Positions 1-12,400 of a stretch of DNA of 64,000 bases are shown here, one piece after another. Position 1 is the first letter of the stretch. Every line of letters starts with the position of its first letter. The notes beneath the pieces were generated by a model. The model was given only the letters and a program-made list of their open reading frames with translations, was not told the origin of the DNA and did no database searches. The DNA is from Tubiluchus corallicola (lineage: Eukaryota; Animalia; Priapulida). The stretch covers positions 372,001 to 436,000 of the forward strand of contig JAQGDQ010000098.1 of NCBI GenBank assembly GCA_030141605.1, given 5' to 3'. The translations under genes were made by a program, and so were the position numbers.

Positions 1-367
1 CTGAGGCTCAAACAAGGTCCGAAACTACCTAACAAAATGGGCTATAAACTAATGTTGACGAATGCAGCAGGATGGGACATCTTCTAAGGTGAGATGGTGA
101 GCCAACAGTTTCAAACGAATTGCTGCAAAAATCACAACCATTTGTTTATGGTGAACATTTTTCTACAAAAGGCTATCTTCAGTATTCAAATGTAAACAAA
201 CAGTGAAAACAATTGATGAAAATTTTTCGGAACAAACTAATTACTAATGAAATAAATGATGCCTGGTGCATGCAGAAAAGGATATCAGTCCGTTCCATGG
301 TTTATCTATATATTTTTGCTGATTTTGGTAAGTTCTTATGACCCTAAGGTTACTAGTAAACACTCAC

Positions 368-465
368 CTATGTGTTTTGGTGTTGGTGTTCTTGGCACAG
401 TGCCTTCAGGAGGTCCTGGCACACTAAAACTTTTTAAAGGATGCAACGGCCGATGAGGAATCGAC
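368..465 (-). CDS. DCC: DCC cytoplasmic exon with P2 motif ([15 protein letters not shown]...RTPTPKH)
   Basis: HPLKSF P2 signature, gtgagt donor. Confidence 0.93.
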
Positions 466-3400
466 CTGAAAAGTATGTTGAGAATGACAAATACAGCGCA
501 AAATAACCAAGTTAAAACATATATGTAGTTTGCTTAGGCATCTATGTCATAGAGCAATATCTATGCAGCAATAACAGCTCTACAACTATAAAAAAGAAAA
601 ATTGGATAAGTTGCAAAATTCTGAATTACCACATTTTTTGTGTTTACAAATGTGCAGATTCTGTTATGGGTTACACAACTTATGTTATGGTTCCGTAACA
701 ACCTAAATCAACAGCAGCACTTCGGGCACAAATACACCAATAGCTGTACAAATTCGCAGAGTCCCAAGCAAAATTATTTCACGTTTTAAAATGCAAGACA
801 GTTTCTTAGATAAGTCAGTTTGAGAAAGTTAAGCGGAGCAGTAAACAGTGCATGTACACCATATTAATTATATGGTAACCTTAACGTGATTAGGCTGCTC
901 AAATCACACATGTAACACACAGCATAAACATAATAAGCTAAACCTCAGTAATATAGTGCCTATTGATATATGAGCTAGATGAGAAAAAATTACTGCAGAC
1001 GAATAAATAAGCTAGATCTCCATTAATCATATAGTACCTGTTGGTGTCTGAGCTGTAACCAGACGAGGAAGAATGATTGTGAGGAGGAATAGGTAAATTC
1101 ACAGCCTGATCGTATGGCATCGGTGGCTGACTGTAAACTCCAGTCGATGGAGTTGTCGCTGGCAATTCTGCAGCATTTGCTGGATTGCAAAAACGAGAAA
1201 CTCACATTAAAATCAAGACGAAAATATGGATATGCATTAGTTTCTATACTGTTCTAGTTTCGTCATGAAGGTTTTTAACTGTAAAGCAACGGCGGCCAAA
1301 TAAGACAGATAGTTACAGCTGACAACAACAACAGCAATAGAAAATATATTTTAGGAATGATAACTTTATGTTGGAAATGTTGTTCCATTTGTTCCATTTA
1401 AGAACTAATTAAAGACCAATTTTATCATACTTGGCAAGCACACTTAAAGCTAGTGAAACTTGTGGGGAAACCTTGTTCTAATCACAAAAATTAAGAATGA
1501 GAACGCGTGATCCACACCGTGATTTTAATATCAATAAAATCAGTTAAAGTCAAATCTAAAAAAGCTGTTATACTGCAAATTTGATTCAAGTATGCCATAT
1601 TTTTTATTTTTGTGAAGCTAGTATATTTTTATGATGGTATATATATATATATATATATTATATACATAATACAATGGATATATATATATAATACAAAACG
1701 TAAAAGGAGACTTTCTTACCGACAGAACTATGAGATCCCTCTATAAGGTGAGGAGCATATTTTGGATACATATTCCGAGCAGGAACAGTGTGGGTGTTGC
1801 CCTCATGCAGATGACCATTAGGAATGGCTGTGGCAACAGCTGAAACAAATCTTAATTAGTTAGCAATCTACCAGAAAAAATTCCAATTTCTAGAAACTGT
1901 GGAAATCTCATCACACCTTCAAGGGAGAACTAAAACTGGTACGATATGTAATACTTTTGAGTCATAATAACAATAAAACCATTAGTAATTTACTGCGCAC
2001 AAAAATCAACAGTGTCAAAGCAAACTGCAAGTGTACACACTGTGAATTTTCATCTCCAAAATCACAGAACTTGACAAATTCCGGCAATGCTGACATCACC
2101 GCAAAAATTTAAATTTAAATTTAAAAAAACATAATACTAGCAGTAGTAAAAAATCAATTGCACCCAAGCTACACAATTTAGGAGAACCGTGGGGTAAATG
2201 TGTGACTCCAATGCATGTTTGCTTTATAATGAAAACAACTTTAAATAAAAACATAAGATATAATGTTAAGAATTTTTGCTGTTTCTAAACAATACAGTAA
2301 ACAAAGAATAAACATTAAAATGCCAGCAGCTATACAAAAGCGACAACATCTACGCAAAATAGAAATTAAAAGCAACGCACAGCAATCCTTTATTAATGCG
2401 CAATGAGGATTGCTTACAAAAGCGAAAGCTTTGACCTATGTAAAGCAAAAATGCATTATTCAAGAAGTAATGTGCAACAATAATTTGTTAAACATGACTA
2501 CAAGAATAAAAAATATACATAAAAATTTGGAAAATATGTTATCCATATATCCATATTAATGCTAAAGTTGATTCATATATATATATATATATATATACCC
2601 ATATAATCATGCACTAAGTTATATTACAAATGTTGTCAATGTCCAAAAATGAAAAAAAAATCAAGTACAATGTAGCACTGTATGCTGATCAACACGCTTT
2701 ATCAATTACCAGGTTAAAAATTATCAATTTATTTACTATTAATACTGCAAATTAGAATAAGATTCTTGTACATCAACTAATCGCCACAGACTCAAGCTTT
2801 TGAAATCAAAATGCTGACAAGTAATTCGGCTTTTAATATCTTCTACTTGCTTTATCGATTTAATTCAAAATTTGAAAGTTAAATTTTTTTGAAAACAGAT
2901 ACAGCTGTTCAATAAAAATGTTACGTTATAATGGTTAGAAAATAATTTTCAAAAAAATATTAGCAGACAGTAATGCTTGTGTCGAAAATGCGGAAGATCG
3001 ATAAAATTAATGATGAAGCATAAAAATATTTGTACAAGTCAAAACCCACTTTCGTCAGGAGAATAAAGAATAGTCCAATAAATCCATGACAATTTTGCCA
3101 AAATTAGTACACTTATGTGCACACTGAAACATCAAAAGCACACTAATGAAAAAATGCAAATAAAAATCCAAACTCAAAAAATTTTGAAACAGAAATTTCT
3201 TAGTTGCCTTGTATAAGACTGTGACACTCTAACAAAATTTTGTCATCTAACATGATTTTCAATTATTTCAATTCATATTTCCTTAACTAGCAACCATAGA
3301 TTAGTTTTTTATGTTTAACTGTATTAGTCACACGAGTGTAACCTTTTGTTAAAAAAATTATAACCTGATACTGCTCAATATCGACCTTAACTGGCAGAAG

Positions 3401-6400
3401 GAAAGCATCCCAAGCTCGTACAATAGTCAAACCTTGAGATATGTCCAAGTAAGATCCAACTTTCCTTTGTCCAAGTAAGATCTCTGGCAAATTTCAGTGA
3501 ATGATTCAAAAAATTACTTTGGGGTTGTTAAATTCTTGCTTTCTTCCCCAACCAAAAATGAAGCAAATATCTTACAATTACAAAAAGAACGATTTTTTAA
3601 TTGAATTTGCAGAAAATTATACAGAAATCATAGGAATTACTTTGACAATAACTAAGCCTATTGATAAACTATAAACATTTTGATCTAGAAGCAACTTAAG
3701 TATGATTAAGTTTATATCTTATGAGACAGATAAATAAACACAAATATTTTTTTATAGTAAAACAGTGCTAACAAAAATGACAACAATTGTTTCTATGGAA
3801 TAAAAAATAGCAGTTAAAAGACTAACAGTACTTAATAGCAAATCAGAGCTGTTTCGACTTCTTTTTCATTATGCATACTCTAAGAGACTTTAGACAGTAA
3901 AAAGAAAAAAAAGCTAAAGTTTTGCTAAAAGAATTTTAGCGTTTACATAAATTGAAAAAACAGATGCACAAAAACCCCCTTGTTGACATACAAATTAAAA
4001 AACAAATGTTTTTTGAATACTTGATGCACACTGGGGAAGATACCCCTGTATATTAACTGATAATGACATTAAATGTTCTTCTCTCTTTAAAGTTTGAGAA
4101 TTTTTCCCACTGATTTATTTAGTGTTAGTTATCAAGTTATTAATTGCAATGGGGTTATTTAGCTACTATTATTATGGTTATATTTACTGACAAAATTTAA
4201 ACACGTTAACTAAAACGAAATAAAATGACAAGCAGTGCCGCAAAGCATCAGTGAGCAACTCGGCCATCATCAGACGTTGCCATGACAACATGACACAACA
4301 ATGCCTGTTTGCACGGATCACTTATACGTTAAACAAAACGTGTATTAAAGTAATTGTTGACTGAAAAATGTATACTATTGTCTTCATGCTTACTGAATTT
4401 TATATTAATAAATGTTTAACTTGCAAAATCGATGTATGTAATAAATAGAATGCTATTCAGACTGTACACTGAAAGTGTGTAAAAATGACCTGATACTGTT
4501 TAGAGATTTAGCACGGTGGCTCGATTTTAACGATGTCCATGCTCAAAAACACAGAAATGATCCATAACTTACAGAAATTCAACAGGATGTGTTGTGCATG
4601 GGCCGTGAGCAAAGCTGATGATGCACGTTACTTACGCTCACCGGAATGTGGCCGTTGTTTTTCTATGGGAACTATTACGGGTTTAGGTTTGACCACTTTA
4701 GTATGCCCCTGGTTTAAATTATCTCTCTCCACTGTATTCTGCGGAGTGTTATGCCCAGAAGATGTGCCTGCATATTAAACATCACAGTTACGTTTCACTT
4801 AACTAGATTAAAAATATAACACTGCTAATATATCAGAACACACTTCTTTTTGCTATCTCTTTTTGCATGATTGCATATGTACGAGGAGAATGTCAACAAA
4901 AAGCCACAGCAATGGAGAAAAAAGCATAATAGATTGTAAGACCAGCACCATAAGCAGATATTTGAAAGGAAATCTGTAGATAAAGCAGAAGATCAGAAAT
5001 CAGAGGACGTTTGTGTTTACCTATATAAGGGTTGGAATTTCTGTGTTTTTCCAAAACATCTATTTGCTGTGGTTCGTCCATGCCTTTAGCATCAACAGAG
5101 TTTCTAGTTAGTGGAGTGACCAAGTCGCTCTGTCCCTTCTCCATGTGTTTTAGTTCCATCTGATCCGTGTGAATCCATAAATCAGGCGGTTTCAGCTCAC
5201 GCATTCCGGGTTTTTTGTTTTTGTACTGCGTCGATGTTGGCCGTCTAAAAAATTTAAATGATGTAAATTTCAGTTGTCACGATAAGCAAGTCAGTATATA
5301 ACAGATCTTGTGATGTGTGATGTCAAGGACTAGCTGGCAACATCTTTTTCTATGTTAACTGGTAAACACACACAAAAATGTAAACTGATTTTAACACCTA
5401 ACACACTAACCAGATTACTAGATTACAGCAACTATTATGCTAAATATGAATAAGAAAAAGTTTTGTAGATTGGCACAATCCTCTTGCATGATTACCATTG
5501 ATTCGATGCTAAACAAATAAGCATGAATGAAATTATTCGTTGTATAAAATAAATCATTGTCTAAAGCCTATATTTTGTCCGACTGAGTACATTTTGACCA
5601 TATTATCTCAGTAAATTTTTACCTAATAATCTCAGTTATCAACAAACTGTGACTTAATCGAGTTTTTCACTATTTCTATTATTACAAAGTCGAAGTGCAG
5701 TCGGCACTTTTATGTTAAAATGTGCAAAATTTTTGAAACCATGTAATGTCAAAGTATCTCAGGCCAGACCTATAGTTTAAAGAGGCATCCAAAATTGATT
5801 TACTTAATGCAACATTAGCCCCAACAAATTTGTCAAATCATACCCTTTCGTGTACTGCTGTCGGGCACATCTTCGCTTGCACACTACAATAACAAGCACC
5901 AACACGCCAACGAACGTTACGACAGCTACACATGCGATGATTATCCACAACGTTCCACTCGTTAAGCCGCCTGGTTGTTCTAGCAAAATAACACAAACTT
6001 ATAAAGAGCAATTACCAAGAAAACCTAATGAACCTTTTAATTCCAGAGTTTTAATTAAGCTGTGTTTTAATGCAATTTAACAAGCACATAAAATATTGTT
6101 GCAGAAATTAATTAAGAAACATTTATAGCGATCCAAACAAACCAATCAATTTCCGCATATTAACATGTAAGACAAAACTCATTAAAATGTTCTAAAATGT
6201 TAAACAGAATGTGTAAAAAGTGAAAAATCGATGATCAAAAACTGAATTTACAATTAGGAAGTTAATGTATACAGTTGCAGTGCACTTTGTGCATAAGACG
6301 TTAGACAAACCTAAGTGAATTCTCAATAGTCTAAATGTAATTTTTAATTACAAACTCCATGCAGAGAAGAGCTATTAGGAATCATGCATAGGGCAAATAC

Positions 6401-9400
6401 ATTACATTTATTATGAGAAATTCGTACCTCTTCAGCTAATTTTCATGTATTGCACAAAAGTTAGCAAAGCCACCAGAATCACGATAGAATCGCACAAACA
6501 TTAACATGTGCAAAACAGTTTGTTTTATAAAAAAATTATGCCATTGGTGAAAAAGATTTAACTATACAAATGTTACCAGCAGGGTAAGGTGAACGGCTGC
6601 CGTAAAGGTTCCCTTTATAAATACCAGGAGCTGAAAAAAAAATTACAAAATTACGATTACGACATGTTGCAATAGCTGAATTGTTTCTTTTTTGTAAAAC
6701 GTTTTATTAGGATGGTCCAATCAACTGTTCAAATTCACAACTGTAATAACTTTTTTCATTTGAATAGAAAGTTTTACACAAAAGAATATCTTAAGAAGTC
6801 TTTACAACTGCTAACTTACAGGAAAACAATATGTTACAGTTACATTCAAATTCAACAACCTTCATATTTGTTGCACACAAAGTGAAAAAACTCACAAAGG
6901 AAAAACACGTGGAAATCTTTAAAAAACAAAGGGCATACAGCAAGTATTATAACTTAGTATCGTTGCAGATAATCTTGCACAGACACTAAATTAATTTGAC
7001 AAAAGCTACTGCTTCAGTAACAAAAGCTCTATTACAGAAGAAAAATACAATTTATGTTAAAATGATTGCACCTCAAGCAGAAAATACATGATGTAAAATA
7101 CTTAAATGATTGTCCCATTTTTTAAGCAGTATGACTCTCTGCAAGCCAGAATTACATCACAAATACCAACTATGTCAAGTTATATCATTTTTAGTGAACA
7201 GAATATTATGATAGAAAACAGGTGAGCACACAGAATTAATACTTACACGGTTATTTAATCCGGGTAAGCCATGAGAACAGAACAAAAATGCAAATTACAT
7301 AGTAAGTTGTATATGATAAGAATATGATTAAATACATTGACGAAGCAGATGAGATGCATTCAAATGAGAATCAACACGGAATTAACTAATATAAACAGTA
7401 AAAGCATTTGGTTTTTGCACTCTGCTGATAAAACACAATGTTTCCTCTGTATGAAAATGTAAATCTTGCAAAAAATGAGTGACAGCTGAAATCATTACAT
7501 GTCGTATAACAGCAAAATTCCGCAAGCATAAATTTAACAATCTCGGGGAAATCCACAGGTAGAAACATAACACTTCTGCAAAAAGTATAGTGTTGATACG
7601 AGCTCACTAAATTTTAACTGATGTAAAACGTTTCGGTTTGGAAGGGTGAACATTCTTAATCTACTTCAAACATTGGACAAGCAGAATTTCAATATAAAAA
7701 AAATTGCCTTCAAGACAGACAGGCAGACAAAGCAGTTCTAGTCCAGCAAATAGTACACACTACTATGCGAGTGACTTGTCCCACTATTTCCTTTGGCACG
7801 CTGTGATATTGATAACTTTGAGCACATTCTACATGATTTATCATGTTCAATAACCATATTTATGAAAATAGTTTCTGGCGCACATCAAAATTAGTGAACT
7901 AGATATCGATACCAAAAAATAAGGAAATAGTATTTTAACCAAAATGGTAGTATTAACAAGAATAAAGTAAATTTTGGATTCATGCTCTATTTAATCGAGA
8001 GATGTTGACAAGAAGTTTAAAGAAAAAATAAAATAAACATAGATAGAATCAGCAGTTCATCAAACTTATAAAGGATACTACCTGAGATTACGAATACACA
8101 GACAGATCTAAAAAACAGCCATATCCAACATCAAACATCGACCTAAGTCTTTAAGTAATTCAGAAAACGTTACGAAGTTATGTTAGATAAATGACCCACA
8201 ACTGCGACGTGCATTTAGTTTTTTTCAGAGCACCACATGTGACAATACATAGCATTCATACAAAAAGCCAAATAATTAGAAATCAAATTCAAGAAAGCAT
8301 GAAACAGTCTGTAAAACACCCAGTACACCACACTCAAAAACCAATGCAATAGCACATATGCGCACCAGCACACCAAGCCAAACCAGTAAATTTTAGACTC
8401 AAAATTAAAAAAAAAACGTTAGTTGCAACAAGGCTTCGAAAACCATACCTTTTGGAGTCCTATACATGACTGTAGGCGAGTTAGGCCCATAACCCTTTTG
8501 ATTTCTGGCTTGCATACGAAAATAGTATGTTGTATCGGGTGTTAATCTATCTATAACTTTGGTCAACGTATTGTGGATGATGCCTTCAGCCACCCATTCT
8601 CGATCGCGCTGTGTGTTATCAGTAGAATAAAATATCAAGTAACCTGAAAGATGAATCAGAAGAAAGTTAAGTGAAAAACGCCATAATATCATCAAAATAA
8701 GAAATTTTTTGATAAACGTATTCAATAAATGCTCGGAAATTTCGGAGCTCACAAAATCTTGTGCCACTGCAAAACTCAGCATTAGCATGAATGAACGACT
8801 AAAACGCTATACAAACCCGTAATTTTTCCATTGGGAATTTTTGGCGGTTGCCAGTTAAGTATGACTTCTGTTGGCTTGCCTTCCACAGGGACAATGGTAA
8901 GATCACGCGGAGCACTACCAGGAGCTAAATAAATCAACGAATAAAATTGAAAATATTACCAGGCATTTCTTAATCTTCAAAGTGGCTTTTTGTAGCAGTT
9001 CCTGTGCCTGACAATGAGTGATAATGTTTTTGCTTAATGAAAAGCACTGACTCTATGTTATTTAAGAAACAATTATGCAGATCTAGTAGAATAATGAGAA
9101 GTTTATATACCATCTTCATCTGTTTTGTTGTTGATGACCATGCTGTACTGAGATTCACTTCGACCTTTGTGGGCCTTCACAGAAAATTCGTACCAGGTAT
9201 TTGGTGTCAGGCCATCTATCATGGCACTCAAGTCGGTAGAGTTTTGATACCTGAACCTTGACCCCCCTAAAAACAAGTTTTCACACATAAGATCTAATTT
9301 TAATATCAACCACACCAAAACATTAGCAAGTCAAGATGTAAACGAAAAAATATAGAGTAGAAAGTGTAACACAAATATAAACGAATTATTCTAATTTTCC

Positions 9401-12400
9401 TAATCAAAAGATAAAATACGCAGCAATACACTGATTGTAAATGGGTATGAGAAAAAAGCAATAATCAGCTAGTCAGAGATGGTTCCTAAGAATTAATCAA
9501 CTGCCCAGATTAGTAAATAAACCTACTTACCAGTTCTGTATCGCACAGTGTAGTAGCGATTGTCAGTTACAAGCTGAGATTTCGGAAGAGTGAGATCATT
9601 CCATGTCAACACAATCGTAGTGGACGATAGGACCATAGTATGGAGGCCGTGTGGCGGATCTAGCTCTACCACTGGCTCAATATCAATTGGCTTTAAGGTC
9701 TTTACTGTCTCGTATTTAGGAGGTCCGGAACCTCTTTTGTTGTTGGCCCGAACACTAACGACATACTCTTTCATTGGTTCAACATTTTCGATGATGAAAT
9801 AACGTTCTTTACTGCTCTCTGTGACGACTGTGTAGTAATCTGGCAAGAGGATGCCATAGCCTATGGTATAACTGCGCACCATAATTGCCTTAGACAAAGG
9901 TGGTGTCCAACTTACATGAATTGTGGTGTCCGTGGCTTGCAAATGAACTGACTGCGGAGCACCAGGTACAGTCGATTCTAAAATACAATAAGAATAGATA
10001 TAACTTTATTTTAAAAGACACAAAACATTTTTTAGCTGACATCTATTAAAATTTGTTTGATAAAATTTCTATTAACATTTATTGCAACTTTTACAAATTT
10101 ATGAAAATATAAAATTATAAAATAGAATTATGAAAAAATAACCACCAGCAACTACATTAAAATGAAGCAGCAGAAAGGGGCATATGAAAGAAAATAATTT
10201 ACCATCTAAGTCAGTTAAATAAGTTTCTTGTATAGACCAGTCTGTCGCTGGCCCACTTCCATTCACTGTCATTGCAGAAATCCGTACCTGATATTCAGCG
10301 TTGCGTAGTAACCCTGAAATATTACCGAAAAACAAAATTATAGACTACAAATGTCAGATATAAAAAATCAATTTAAAATACTATATGAGCTACAAAATAT
10401 GTGGCGAAAAATGAGTGGCTTAATTAGTAGTAGTAGTGATATGTTTACAAAATGTGTGTCTTAGTTTTCTCTGTTAGACCATAAAATTTTTTCCAAGAAG
10501 CAGTTCATTCACAATTTCTAACTTTACAATTAGCTCTGCTTGCAGGGAATGCAAAAATTAACAATTTAACTTGTTTTTATAATCAATGGCTTTTTGTCAT
10601 AAAAAATTAAATTAGCTGTCATCACCTTCTAACACATAAATTCTCCTGTTGCCATCAGTTGTAACTGTTGTGCCCTTATGTCCCGTTCTCTTGTAGCGTA
10701 TTTTATAACCAGTTATGACTCCATTTCGTGTACCTGCTGGGGGTGGTTCCCATGCTACAACTATACTAGATGAAGAGGCAGATTCCAATGTTACATTTTG
10801 AGGTGTATCGCTTGGCTCTGAAATAAGCGTCAAAATTTTCTTTTAACCTTTTCATACCCGTTGTATCCCGTGGGATATGAGAATATTTTCTGCCTTTAAA
10901 ATTAATAAAATTTTAAAACTGACAGTTATTTGATCTGTTAATAGTTATTTTGATTTAAGCCAATAATAATAATAGACTAAAAATAGTGATAAAATGGCAA
11001 ACTAAAAAATCTACATAGCACAAAAAACTGCGCAAGGTACAGTACTTTAGAGATGACTTTGTACAGATTAGCATAGCGTGCATGCTAAATGTCTTAAATA
11101 CTTTAAAAAATTATCAGCAGTTGCCAAATGAAGCACATTTTTTGCTTTTGTTGTGTTTTTAAAAAAGTCGGACTTTGTTTTTTTGCACATAACAAAGAAT
11201 GTTGTGGATGTAGGTAGGTAGAATGAAGGTAGAAAAAAATAATTATTATGTGTCAACAAGATGGACATACTGAACAAAAGTACCAAGCCAAATTTTTTTT
11301 TTCTTATTAAAAAAATCATTTGGGACTGAAAGGGTTAATCACAGAAAGAAGCTTAGCTGAATAACATTATGGTTAAATGTATTAATAAATGTTTGCACTT
11401 AAGTGTTGTCATGACAACAGTATTACTTGATAAAAAAAATTATTTTTCAACCAAGTTGCTACATACATGCTGTTAGCATCGAATTACAACAATCCCAAAC
11501 GAGCTAAAAAGCTGCTTAAGTATACACAGTTTATCTTCAATAGTGCTACAAATCTAAACACATTCTCTGACGTGATATAATAGATAATGACTTACTGTCA
11601 GAGTATGTTCGAGCTATGACATCATCGGAACTTAGTCCGATACCATTTTCATTGGAAGACATTACGCGGAAGCTGTACTCTGTGTAAGCTTTCATGTCTA
11701 GAAACATGTGTTGATTTTCTACTACGTCGACAACTTTTTCAGTGGATGGACCAAGTCCCACTTCAAAGTATGAGATACGATAGCCTGTCACAGGTGTGTT
11801 GGTATGACTGGGTGGCTCCCAAGTCAATTCCATAGAATAAGGTGAAGTTGGTTGAGTTTTCACATCGTGAGGTGGTCCAGGAACATGCACTAGAAAATTT
11901 AAAATTAAAATAGGTAATTTACACTCTTCAAAAAAAAACACTGAAGTATGCATCTATCAAGAAATTTACAAAGTTCCTAAGTTTGGCAATTTTTTCAAAG
12001 CAAAAGTAACTTACACTCACATACTTTCATTTTTTAGGGATTTCTTTTTCTGCGATAACTTATTTGACAAAACTTCAAGCAACAATTAGAAGACTACAGG
12101 AAATAATCTCACATTTCATAATAGTGAAATCATTCCAAACCACTCATGTGCAATAGAAAACAACATATCACTGTTGAGTAGCAAATCTACAACTACTTGA
12201 AATGAATTTTTGAAAGAAATATCATCTGAAAGATCCCAATTCCATCAAGTCAACAAATGACAAAGAATCAACTTCTTACAGTTCACACATTACAGAATTA
12301 GATATGACCAAACTAAGGTATTATACCTTCTTGTTGCGTCTGTACATTGATGCTAGGTGAAGCATTTCCTCGGCCATGTGCATTAACTGCAACGACTCTA

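Noticed and set aside
1-40. Start of the next DCC exon at the window edge
   Set aside because: Several candidate AGs (28, 24, window edge) and too little sequence to choose a frame.
6428-6435. 8-nt microexon ag|CTGAAGAG|gtacga
   Set aside because: Frame-shifting, with a poor polypyrimidine tract.
7241-7300. Strong gtaagt donor with upstream pyrimidine tract in the FN6-TM intron
   Set aside because: No AG acceptor between the tract and the donor.
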